Assembly: GCA_038087875.1 (NCBI GenBank)
Contig: CM075998.1
Coordinates: 4,218,001-4,282,000 of the forward strand
Length of the DNA: 64,000 nt
Direction: 5' to 3'
Source of the DNA: Malacoraja senta
Lineage: Eukaryota
In this document: piece after piece, positions 12,301 to 24,200 of the stretch
Numbering within the stretch: position 1 is the first letter of the stretch
Layout of the letters: the number at the start of each line of letters is the position of its first letter
Translations under genes and position numbers: made by a program
The notes under the pieces: model-generated
The model's database searches: none
What the model was told of the DNA's origin: nothing
The model's input: the letters and a program-made list of their open reading frames with translations, nothing else

Positions 12301-15300
12301 GCCGGATATATGGCGACCTTCCCAGAAATATGGCGACCTTGCCGGATTTGTGGCGACCTTGCGGGATTTATGACGACCTCGCCGGAAATATGGCGACCTT
12401 GCCGGCTTTGTGGCGACATTGCCGGATTTATGGAGACCTTGCTGGAAATATGACGACCTTGCCGGATTTGTGGCGGCCTTGCGAGATTTATGGCGACGTT
12501 GCCGGAAAAATGGCGACCTTGCCGGATTTCTGACGACCTTGCCGGATTTATGGCGACCTTGCCGGATTTATGTCGACCTTTCCGGATTTGTGGCGACCTT
12601 GCCGGAAATATGGCGAGCTCGCCGGATTTATGGCGGCCTCGCCGGATTTAGGACCTTGCCGGAAATGTGGCGACTTCGCCGGATTTATGGCGACCATGCC
12701 GGATTTATGGCGACCTTGCGCGAATTATGGCGACCTTGCCGGTTTTGTGGCGAACTTGCCGGATTTATGGCGACCTTTCCGGATTTGTGGCGACCTTGCC
12801 GGAAATATGGCGACCTCGCCGGATTTATGGCGACCTTGCCGGATTTGTGGCGACCGTGCCGGAAATATGGCGACCTCGCCGGATTTATGGCGACCTTGCC
12901 GGATTTGTGGCGACCTTGCCGGAAATATGGCGACCTCGCCGGATTTGTGGCGACCTTGTCGGATTTATGGCGACCTTGCCTGAAATATGGCGACCTTGAT
13001 TTGAGGCGATCTTGCCGGACTTATGCCGACCTTGCCGGAAATGTGGCGACCTAGCCGTATTTGTGGCGACCTTGCCGGAAATATGACGACCTCGCCGGAA
13101 ATATGGCGACCTTGCCGGATTTGTGGCGACCTTCCCGGATTTATGGAGACCTTGCTGGAAATATGGCGACCTTGCCGGATTTATGGCGACCTTGACGGAC
13201 ATATGGCGACCTCGCCGGAAATATGGCCACCTCTCCGGATTTTTGACTACCTTGCCGGATTTATGGCGACCTTGCCGGAAATATGGCGTCCTCGCCAAAT
13301 TTGTTGCGACCTTGCCGGATTTACGGCGACCTTGCCGGAAATATGGCGACCTTGCCGGATTTGTGGCGAACTTGCCGGAAATATGGCGACCTTGCCGGAT
13401 TTATGGCGACCTTGCCGGATTTGTGGCGACTTTGCCGGAAATATGGCGACGTCGCCGGGTTTATGGTGACCTTGCCGTATCTATGGCGACCTTGCCGGAA
13501 ATATGGCGAACTCGCCGAATTTGTGGCGCACTTGCCGAAAATATGGCGACCTTGCCGGAAATATGGCGATCTCGCCGGATTTATGGCGACCTTGCCGGAA
13601 ATATGGCGATCTCGCCGGATTTATGGCGACCTTGCCGGAAATATGGCGACCTTGCCGGATTTATGGCGACCTTGCCGGAAATATGGCGACTTTGCCGGAT
13701 TTGTGGCGACGTTCCCGGATTTATGGCGACCTTGCCGGAAATATGGCGACCTTGCCGGATTTGTGGCGACCTTGCCGGATTTATGGCGACCTTGTCGGGA
13801 ATATGGCGACCTTGCCGGGTTTGTGGCGACCTTGCCGGATATGTGGCGACCTTGCCGGAAATATGGCGAGCTTGCCGAAATGTTGTGACCTTGCCGGATT
13901 TGTGTTGACCTTGCCGGATTCAAGGCGACCTTGACGAAATGTGGCAACCTTGCCGGGTTTGTGGCGACCTTGCCTGATTTATGTCGACCTTGCCGGAAAT
14001 GTGGCAACCTTGCCGAATTTGTGGCGACCTTGCTGGAATTATGGCGACCTTGCCGGTAATGTAGCGACGATGCCTGATTTGTGGCAACCTTGCCGGATTT
14101 ATGGCGACCTTGCCGGATTTATGGCGACCTTGCCGGAAATATGGCTACTTCGCCGGATTTGTGGCGACCTTGCGGATTTCTGGCTACCTTGCCGGAGATA
14201 TGGCGACCTTTCCGGATTTGTGGCGACCTTGCCGGATATATGGCGACCTTGCCGGAAATATGACGACCTTGCTGATTTCTGGCGACCTTGCCGGATTTAT
14301 GGCGACCTTGCCGAATTTGTGGCGGCCTTGCCGGAAATATGGCGACCCCGCCGAATTTATGGCGACCTTGCCGGATATATGGCGACCTTGCCGGATATAT
14401 GGCGACCTTGCCGGAAATATGGCGACCTCGCCGGATTTATGGCGGCCTTGCCGGATTTATGGTGTCCTTGCCGGAAATATGGCGACCTCGCCGGATTTAT
14501 GGCGGCCTCGCCGGATTTAGGACCTTGCCGGAAATGTGGCGACTTCGCCGGATTTATGGCGACCATGCCGGATTTATGGCGACCTTGCCCGAATTATGGC
14601 GACCTTGCCAGTTTTGTGGCGAACTTGCCGGATTTATGGCGACCTTTCCGGATTTGTGGCGACATTGCCGGATTTGTGGCGACCTTGCCGGAAATATGGC
14701 GACCTTGCCGGATTTATGGCGACCTTGCCGGATTTGTGGCGACCTTGCCGGAAATATGGCGACCTCGCCGGATTTGTGGCGACCTTGTCGGATTTATGGC
14801 GACCTTGCCGGAAATATGACGACCTTGATTTGAGGCGATCTTGCCGGATTTATGCCGACCTTGCCGGAAATATGGCGACCTAGCCGTATTTGTGGCGACC
14901 TTGCCGGAAATATGACGACCTCGCCGGAAATATGGCGACCTTGCCGGATTTGTGGCGACCTTCCCGGATTTATGCAGACCTTGCTGGAAATATGTCGACC
15001 TTGCCGGATTTATGGCGACCTTAACGGACATATGGCGACCTCGCCGGATTTATGGCGACCTTGCCGGATTTATGGCGACCTTGCCGGAAATATGGCCACC
15101 TCTCCGGATTTTTGACTACCTTGCCGGATTTATGGCGACCTTGCCGGAAATATGGCGTCCTCGCCGAATTTGTTGCGACCTTGCCGGATTTACGGCGACC
15201 TTGCCGGAAATATGGCGACCTTGCCGGATTTGTGGCGAACTTGCCGGAAATATGTCGTCCTTGCCGGATTTATGGCGACCTTGCCGGATTTGTGGCGACT

Positions 15301-18300
15301 TTGCCGGAAATATGGCGACCTCGCCGGGTTTATGGTGACCTTGCCGTATCTATGGCGACCTTGCCGGAAATATGGCGAACTCGCCGAATTTGTGGCGAAC
15401 TTGCCGGAAATATGGCGACCTTGCCGGAAATATGGCGATCTCGCCGGATTTATGGCGACCTTGCCGGAAATATGGCGACCTCGCCGGATTTATGGCGACC
15501 TTGCCGGAAATATGGCGACCTAGCCGGATTTATGGCGACCTTGCCGGAAATATGGCGACTTTGCCGGATTTGTGGCGACGTTCCCGGATTTATGGCGACC
15601 TTGCCGGAAATATGGCGACCTTGCCGGATTTGTGGCGACCTTGCCGGATTTATGGCGACCTTGTCGGGAATATGGCGACCTTTCCGGGTTTGTGGCGACA
15701 TTGCCGGATATGTGGCGACCTTGCCGGAAATATGGCGACGTTGCCGGATTTCTGACGACCTTGCCGGAATTTTGGCGGCCTTGCCGGATTTATGACGACC
15801 TTTCCGGATTTGTGGCAACCTTGCCGGAAATATGGCGACCTTGCCGGATTTGTGACGACGATGCTGGAATTATGGCGACCTTGCCGGTAATGTAGCGACC
15901 ATGCCTGATTTGTGGTGACCTTGCCGGATTTATGGCGACCTTGCCGGAAATGTGGCGACCTTGCCGGAAATATGGCGACATTGTCGGGTTTGTGGCGACC
16001 TTGCCGGATTTATGCCGACCTTGCCGGATTTGTGGCGACCTTGCCGGATTTATGACGACCTTGCCGGAAATATGGCGACATTGTCGGATTTCTGGCGACC
16101 TTGCCGGAAATATGGCGACCTTACCGGATTTGTGGCGACTTTCCCGGATTTATGGCGACCTTGTCGGAAATATGGCGACCTTGCCGGGTTTGTGGCGACC
16201 TTGCCGGATATATGGCGACCTTGCCGGAAGTATGGCGACGTTGCCGGATTTCTGACGAACTTGCCGGATTTATGGCGACCTTGCCGGATTTATGTCGACC
16301 TTTCCGGATTTGTGGCGACCTTGCCGGAAATATGGCGAGCTCGCCGGATTTATGGCGACCTTGCCAGATTTGTGGCGACATTGCCGGAAATATGGCGACC
16401 TCGCCGCATTTATGGCGACCTTGCCGGAGTTATGGGGACCTTGCCGGAAATATGGCGTCCTCGCCGGATATGTGGCGAACTTGCCGGATTTATGGCGACC
16501 ATGACGGAAATATGGCGGCCCCGCCGGATTTGTGGCGACCTTGCCGGATTTATGGCGACCTTGCTGGAAATATGGCTACTTCGCCGGATTTGTGGCGACC
16601 TTGCGGATTTCTGGCTACCTTGCCGGAAATATTGCGACCTTGCCGGATTTGTGGCGGCCTTGCCGGATTTATGCCGACCTTGCCGGATATATGGCGACTT
16701 CACCGGATATATGGCGGCCTTCCCAGAAATATGGCGACCTTGCCGGATTTGTGGTGACCTTGCGGGATTTATGACGACCTCGCCGGAAATATGGCGACCT
16801 TGCCGGCTTTGTGGCGACATTGCCGGATTTATGGAGACCTTGCTGGAAATATGACGACCTTGCCGGTTTTGTGGCGGCCTTGCGGGATTTATGGCGACGT
16901 TGCCGGAAAAATGGCGACCTTGCCGGATTTCTGACGACCTTGCCGGATTTATGGCGACCTTGCCGGATTTATGTCGACCTTTCCGGATTTGTGGCTACCT
17001 TGCCGGAAATATGGCGAGCTCGCCGGATTTATGGCGACCTTGCCAGATTTGTGCGACATTGCCGGAAATATGGCGACCTCCCCGCATTTATGGCGACCTT
17101 GCCGGATTTATGGGGACCTTGCCGGAAATATGGCGTCCTCGCCGGATATGTGGCGAACTTGCCTGATTTATGGCGACCATGACGGAAATATGGCGACCTC
17201 GCCGGATTTGTGCCGACCTTGCCGGATTTATGGCGACCTTGCCGGATATATGGCGACTTCGCCGGATATATATGGCGACCTTCCCAGAAATATGGCGACT
17301 TTGCCGGATTTGTGGGGACCTTGCGGGAAATATGGCGACCTTGCCGGATTTATGGCTACCTTGCCGGATTTATGGCGACCTTGACGGACATATGGCGACC
17401 TCGCCGGATTTATGGCGACCTTGCCGGATTTATGCCGACTATGCCGGAAATATGGCGACCTCGCCGGATTTGTGGCGACCTTGCCGGATTTATGGCGACC
17501 TTGCCGGAAATATGGCTACTTCGCCGGAATTGTGGCGACCTTGCGGATTTCTGGCTACGTTGCCGGAGATATGGCGACCTTGCCGGTTTGTGGCAACCTT
17601 GCCGGATTTATGGCGAGATTGCTGGAAATATAGCGACCTTGCCGGATTTGTGGCGTTCTAGCCGGATTTATGGCGATCGTGCCGGAAATACGGCCACCTT
17701 GCCGGATTTGTGGCGATCATGCCAGATTTATGGCGACCTTGCCGGAAATATGGCGACCTTGCCGGATTTGTGGCGACCTTGCATGATTTATCGCGACCGT
17801 GCCTGAAATATGGCGACATTGCCGGATTTATGGCGACCTTGCCGGAAATATGGCGACCGTGCCGGAAATATGGCGACCTTGCCGGGTTTATGGCGACCTC
17901 GCCGGAAAAGTGGCGACCTTGCCGGATTTATGGCGGCCTTCCCGGATTTATGCGACCTCGCCGGAAATGTGGCGAACTTGCCGGATTTGAGGCCACCTTG
18001 CCGGATTTATGGCGACCTCGCCGAAAATATGGCGACTTTGCCGGATTTAAGGGCACATTGCTGGATTTATGGCGACCTCGCCGGAAATATGGCGGCCTTC
18101 CCTCATTTGTGGACACCATGCCGGATTTCTGGCGACCTTGGCGGAAAAATGGCTACCTTGCCGGATTTGTGGCCACCTTGCCGGATTTATTGCGACCTTG
18201 ACGGAAATATGGCGACCTTGCTGGGTTTGTGGCGACCCTGCCGGGTTTATGGCGCCCTTGCCGGAAATATGGCGACCTTGGCGGATTTATGGCGACCTTG

Positions 18301-18850
18301 CCGGATTTATGGCGACCTTGCCGGAAATATGGCGACCTCGCCGGGTTTATGGCGACTTTGCCGGATTTGTGGCCACCTTGCCGGAAATATGGTGACCTTG
18401 CCGGATTTGCGGCGACCTTGCCGGATATATGGCGACCTCGCTGGATTTATAGCGACCTTGCCGAATTTGTGGCGACCTTGCCGGATTTATGGCGACCTCG
18501 CCGGAAATGTGGCGACCTTGCCGGGTTTATGGCGACGTTGCCGGATTTATGGCGACCTCGCCGTAAATGTCGCGACCTTGCCGGATTTGAGGCCTCCTTG
18601 CCGTATTTATCGCGCCGTCGCCGGAAATATGGCGACCTTGCCGGATTTAATGCCATCTTGCCGGATTTATGGCGACCTCGCCGGAAATATGGCGACCTTC
18701 CCTGATTTGTGGCCACCATGCCAGATTTATGGCGAACTTGCCGGAAATGTGGCGACTTTGTCTGATTTGTGGCGACCTTGACGGGTTTATGGCGACCTTG
18801 CCAGAAATATGGCGACCTTGACGCATATATGGCGACCTAGCCGGATTTAT
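6359..18850. repeat. 20-bp tandem satellite, segment 1
   Basis: Head-to-tail TTATGGCGACCTTGCCGGAT / ATATGGCGACCTTGCCGGAA monomers. Confidence 0.99.
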
Positions 18851-20131
18851 AACCATATAACCATAACAGCACAGAAATAGGCCATCTCGGCCCTTCAAGT
18901 CCGTGCCGAACATTTAAATTTTTTTATTTTTTTTTAATTTATTTTTTATTAAATATAAATACTTCCCCCTAGTCCCATCTACCTGCACTCAGACCATAAC
19001 CCTCCATTCCTTTCCCGTCCATATACCCATCCAATCTATTTTTAAAGGATAACATCGAACCTGCCTCCACCACTTCCACTGGAAGCTCATTCCACACAGC
19101 TACCACTCTCTGAGTAAAGAAGTTCACCCTAATGTTCCCCCTAAACTTCTGTCCCTTAATTCTCAAGTCATGTCCCCTTGTTTGAATCTTCCCTACTCTC
19201 AATGGGAAAAGCTTATCCACGTCCACTCTGTCTAACCCGCTCATAATTTTAAAGACCTCTATCAAGTCCCCTCTTAACCTTCTGCGCTCCAAAGAATAAA
19301 GACCTAACTTGTTCAACCTTTCTCTGTGACTTAGTTGCTGAAACCCAGGCAACATTCTAGTAAATCTCCTCTGTACTCTCTCTATTTTGTTGACATCCTT
19401 CCTATAATTAGGCGACCAAAATTGTACTCCATACTCCAGAATTGGCCTCACCAATGCTTTGTACAATTTTAACATTACATCCCAACTTCTATATTCAATG
19501 CTCTGATTTATAAAGGCCAGCACACCAAAAGCTTTCTTTACCACCCTATCTACATGAGATTCCACCTTCAGGGAACTATGCGCTTACCTTGTGCTTACTA
19601 CTAATATCTGCTATCTCCTTACATATTTGCTCTTCCAATTCTCGCTCCCCATTTGGCGGTCTATAATACACCCCTATAAGTGTTGCTACACTTTCCCATT
19701 TCTCAGTTCCACCCAAATAGCCTCCCTAGACGAGCCCTCTAATCTATCCTGCCAAAGCACTGCTGTAATATCTTCCTTGACAAGCAATGCAACACCCCCA
19801 CCTCTTGCCCCTCCAATTCTATCACCCCTGAAGCAACGAAATCCTGAAATATTTATTTGCCAATCACAGCCCTCCTGCAACCATGTTTCACTGATCGCCA
19901 CAACATCATACTTCCAGGTGTCAATCCAGGCTCTAAGTTCATCCACCTTTCTTACAATGCTCCTAGCAAAAAAATATACACATTTAAGAAACCCACCACC
20001 ACTTATTCTCTGTTTATTATCTTTTTCTTCTTTCTCCCCTACATTTTGGGTCCGAGTGCTTCCCTTCACTGCCTCCTGCCTCCCACATTTTCCACTAGCT
20101 TTCTCTATTTGTGTCCCTCCCGCCAACCATT

Positions 20132-21067
20132 CTAGTTTAAATTATCCCCAGTAGCCTTTGCAAATCTCCCCGCCAGGATATTGGTCCCCCTCGGGTTCAA
20201 GTGCAACCCGTCCTTTCTGTACAGGTCACACCTTCCCCAAAAGATGTCCCAATGATCCAGAAATTTGAATCCCTTCCCGCTGCACCTGTTCCTCAGCCAC
20301 GCATTTATCTTCCACCTCACTCCATTCCTACTCTCACCGTCGCGTGGCACAGGTAGTAATCCTGAGATTGTTACCTTTGTAGTCCTTCTCCTTAACTCTC
20401 CTCCCAACTCCCTAAATTCTCCTTTCAAGACCTCTTCTCTTTTTCTACCTATGTCATTGGTACCTATATGTTCCACAACCTCAGGCTCCTCTCCCTCCGA
20501 TTTCAGGATATCTTGGACGCGTTCAGACACATCCCTGACCCTTGCACCAGGGAGGCAAACTACCATCCGGGTCTCCTGACTGCGTCCACAGAATCGCCTA
20601 TCCGACCCCTAACCATAGAGTCCCCCTATTACTATTGCCCTCCTCTCCTTTTCCCTACCTTTCTGAGCAATAGGGCTGGTCTCTGTGCCGGAGGCCCGGC
20701 CGCTGTTGCTACCCGCATGAAGGCTGTCCCCCTCAACAGTACTCAAACAGGAGTACTTATTTTCAAGGTGTACAGCCACTGGGGTACTCACTAGTCCCTG
20801 CCTCTGCCCCTTGCCCTTCCTAACCGTGACCCACTTGTCTGCCTCCCGTGGTCTTGGAGTGGCCACCACCCTATAACTCTTTTCTATGACCTCCTCACTC
20901 TCCCTGATCAGACAGAGGTCATCGAGCTGCTGCTCCAGGTTCCTAACACGGTCCCTTAGGAACCCCATGTCTACGCACCTGACACAGATGTGAACGTCTG
21001 GAGGGGAATCAGACTCCATGACCTCCCACATCTGACATCCAGAACAGTAAACTGCCCTGGCCCTCAT
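20132..21067 (-). pseudogene. CR1 ORF1 (zinc finger + SGNH esterase-like), frameshifted
   Basis: CSGC...CVRC zinc finger. The IVIGDS motif is broken by an extra base in the C5 run at 20622-20626. HIGTND and DGLHL motifs follow in the next frame. Confidence 0.88.
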
Positions 21068-21074
21068 TCTCCCC

Positions 21075-21146
21075 CCTTACCCATGATCCAATACAAAGCC
21101 TTACCCTGGATACAATACAACGCCTTACCCTGGATCCAATACAAAA
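21075..21146. repeat. 24-bp x3 tandem repeat in CR1 5'UTR
   Basis: CCTTACCCTGGATCCAATACAAAG-like units at 21075, 21099 and 21123. Confidence 0.9.
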
Positions 21147-21252
21147 CTGGTGGAGGAAATCAGCAGGGATCTGACTCCCAATCAGCTGCTTTCTCTTTGT
21201 CCTCTTCCACCAATCAGTGGCTTCCGCCATAAATCCGGCAAGGCCATAAATC

Positions 21253-24200
21253 CGACCTTGCCGGATTTATGGCGACCTTGCCGGAAATGTGGCGACCTTG
21301 CCGGATTTGTGGCGACCTTGCAGGATTTTTGGCGACCTTGCCGGATTTATGGCGACCTTGCCGGATTTGTGGCTTCCTTGCCGGAAATATGGCGACCTCG
21401 CCGTATTTATTGCGACCTTGCCGGATGTATGGCGACCTCGCCGGAAATGTGGCGACCTTGCCGGATTTGTGGAGACCTTGTCGGATTTATGGCGACCTTG
21501 CCGGAAATGTGGCGACCTTGCCGGAAATGTGGCGACCTTGCCGGATTTGTGGCGACCTTGCCGAATTTATGGCGACCTTGCCGGAAATGTGGCGACTTTG
21601 TCTGATTTAAAGCGACCTTGTCGGTTTGTGGCGATCTTGCCGGATTTATGGCGGCCTTGCCGGAAATGTGGCGATCTTGCCGGAGTTATGGCGTCCTTGC
21701 CTCATTTGTGGCGACGTTGCCGGATTTATGGCGACCATGCCGGAAATATGGCGACCTTGCCGGATTTGTGGCGACCTTGCCTGATTTATGGCGACCTTGC
21801 CGGAAATATGGCCACCTTGCCGGATTTATGGCGTCTTTGACGGAAATATGGCGACCTTGCCGGATTTGTGACGACCTTGCCGCATTTATGGCGACCTTGT
21901 GGGATTTGTGGCGACCTTGCCGGACTCGTGGCGACATTGCCGGATTCATGGCGACCTTGCCGCAATGTGGCGACCGGGCTGGATTTGTGGCGACGATGCC
22001 GGATTTATGGCTACCTTGCCGAAATGTTGCGACCTTGCCGGATTTGTGGCGACCTTGCCGGATTTATGGCGACCTTGCCGAAATGTGGCTACCTTGCCGG
22101 ATTTGTGGCGAACTTGCCGGATTTATGGCGACCTTGCCGGAAATGTGGCGACCTTGTCGGATCTATGGCGACATTGCTTGAAATGTGGCGACCTTGCCGG
22201 ATTTAACGCCACCTTGCCGAATTTATGGCTACCTTGATGGAAATGTGGCGAGCTTGCGGATTTGACGCCACCTTGCCGGATTTATGGCGACCTTGTCGGA
22301 AATATGGCGACCTTGCCGCATTTGAGGCAAACTAGCCTGATTTATGGTGACCTTGTCGGAAATATGGAGACGTTGCCGGATTTGTGGCGACCTTGCCGGA
22401 TTTATGGCGACCTTGCCGGAAATATGGCGACCTTGCCGGATTTGTGGCAACCTTGCCGGATTTATGGCGAGATTGCTGGAAATGTAGCGACCTTGCCGGA
22501 TTTGTGGCGTCCTAGCCGGATTTATGGCGATCGTGCCGGAAATACGGCCACCTTGCCGGATTTGTGGCGATCATGCCAGATTTATGGCGACCTTGCCGGA
22601 AGTATGGCGACCTTGCCCGATTTGTGGCGACCTTGCCTGATTTATCGCGACCGTGCCGAAAATATGGCGACATTGCCGGATTTGTGGCGACCTTGCCGGA
22701 AATATGGCGACCGTGCCGGAAATATGGCGACCTTGCCGGGTTTATGGCGACCTCGCCGGAAAAGTGGCGACCTTGCCAGATTTATGGCGACCTTGCCGGA
22801 TTTATGGCGACCTCGCCAGAAATGTGGCGACATTGCCGGATTTGAGGCCACCTTGCCGGATTTATGGCGACCTCACCGAAAATATGGCGACCTTGCCGGA
22901 TATAAGGGCGCCTTGCTGGATTTATGGCGACCTCGCCGGAAATATGGCGACCTTCCCTGATTTGTGGACACCATGCCGGATTTCTGGCGACCTTGGCGGA
23001 AAAATGGCTACCTTGCCGGATTTGTGGCCACCTTGCCGGATTTATTGCGAACGACGGATTAATGGCGACCTTGCCGGAAATATGGCGACCTTGCCGGATT
23101 TATGGCGAACTTCCCGGATTTACGGCGACCTTGCAGGAAATATGGCGACCTCGCCGGGTTTATGGCGACCTTGCCGGATTTGTGGCCGCCTTGCCGGAAA
23201 TATGATGACCTTGCCTGATTTGCGGCGACCTTGCTGGATATATGGAGACCTCGCCGGATTTATAGCGACCTTGCCGGAAATATGGCGACCTTGCCGGATT
23301 TATGGCGACCTCGCCAGGTTTATAGCGACCTTGCCGGATTTGTGGCCACCTTGCCGGAAATATGGTGACCTTGCCGGATTTGCGGCGACCTTGCCGGATA
23401 TATGGCGACCTCGCCGGATTTATAGCGACCTTGCCGAATTTGTGTCGACCTTGCCGGATTTATGGCGACCTCGCCGGAAATGTGGCGACCTTGCCGAGTT
23501 TATGGCGACCTTGTCGGATTTATGGCGAACTCGCCGTAAATGTGGCGACCTTTCCGGATTTGTGGCCTCCTTGCCGGATTTATGGCGACCTCGCCGGAAA
23601 TATGGCGACCTTGCCGGATTTGATGCCATCTTGCCGGATTTATGGCGACCTCGCCGGAAATATGGCGACCTTCCCTGATTTGTGGCCACCAGGCCGGATT
23701 TATGGCGTACTTGCCGGAAATGTGGCGACTTTGTCTGATTTGTGGCGACCTTGCCGGGTTTATGGCGACCTTGCCGGAAATGTGGCGACCTTGCCGGATT
23801 TCAAGCGACCTTGTCGTTTTGTGGCGATCATGCCGGATTTATGGCGACCTTGCCGGAAATGTGGCGACCTTGCCGGATTTGTGGCGACCTTGCCGGATTT
23901 TTGGCGACCTTGCCGGATTTATGGCGACCTTGACGGAAATATGGCGACCTCGCCGGATTTTGGCGACCTTGCCGGTTTTATGGCGTCCTTGCCGGAAATA
24001 TGTCGACCTTGCCGGATTTGTGGCGACCTTGCGGGATTTATGGCGACCTTGCCGGAAAAATGGCGACTTTGCCGGATTTGTGGCTACCTTGCCGGATTTA
24101 TGGCGACCTTGACGGACATATGGCCACCTCGCCGGATTTATGGCGACCTTGCCGGATTTATGCCGACCATGCCGGAAATATGGCGACCTCGCCGGATTTG

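Larger units (their letters stand above)
18851..21224 (-). mobile_element. Internally deleted CR1 LINE (5'UTR, ORF1, start of APE endonuclease, ORF2 C-terminus, 3' tail; RT domain missing)
   Basis: (ATAACCAT)n tail at 18849-18868. ORF2 C-terminus 18969-19565 (RPILEYGVQFWSP...SLERRRLRGDLI). APE N-terminus 19586-20126 (VAISETWL, GGGVALLV). ORF1 20132-21067. Confidence 0.93.
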
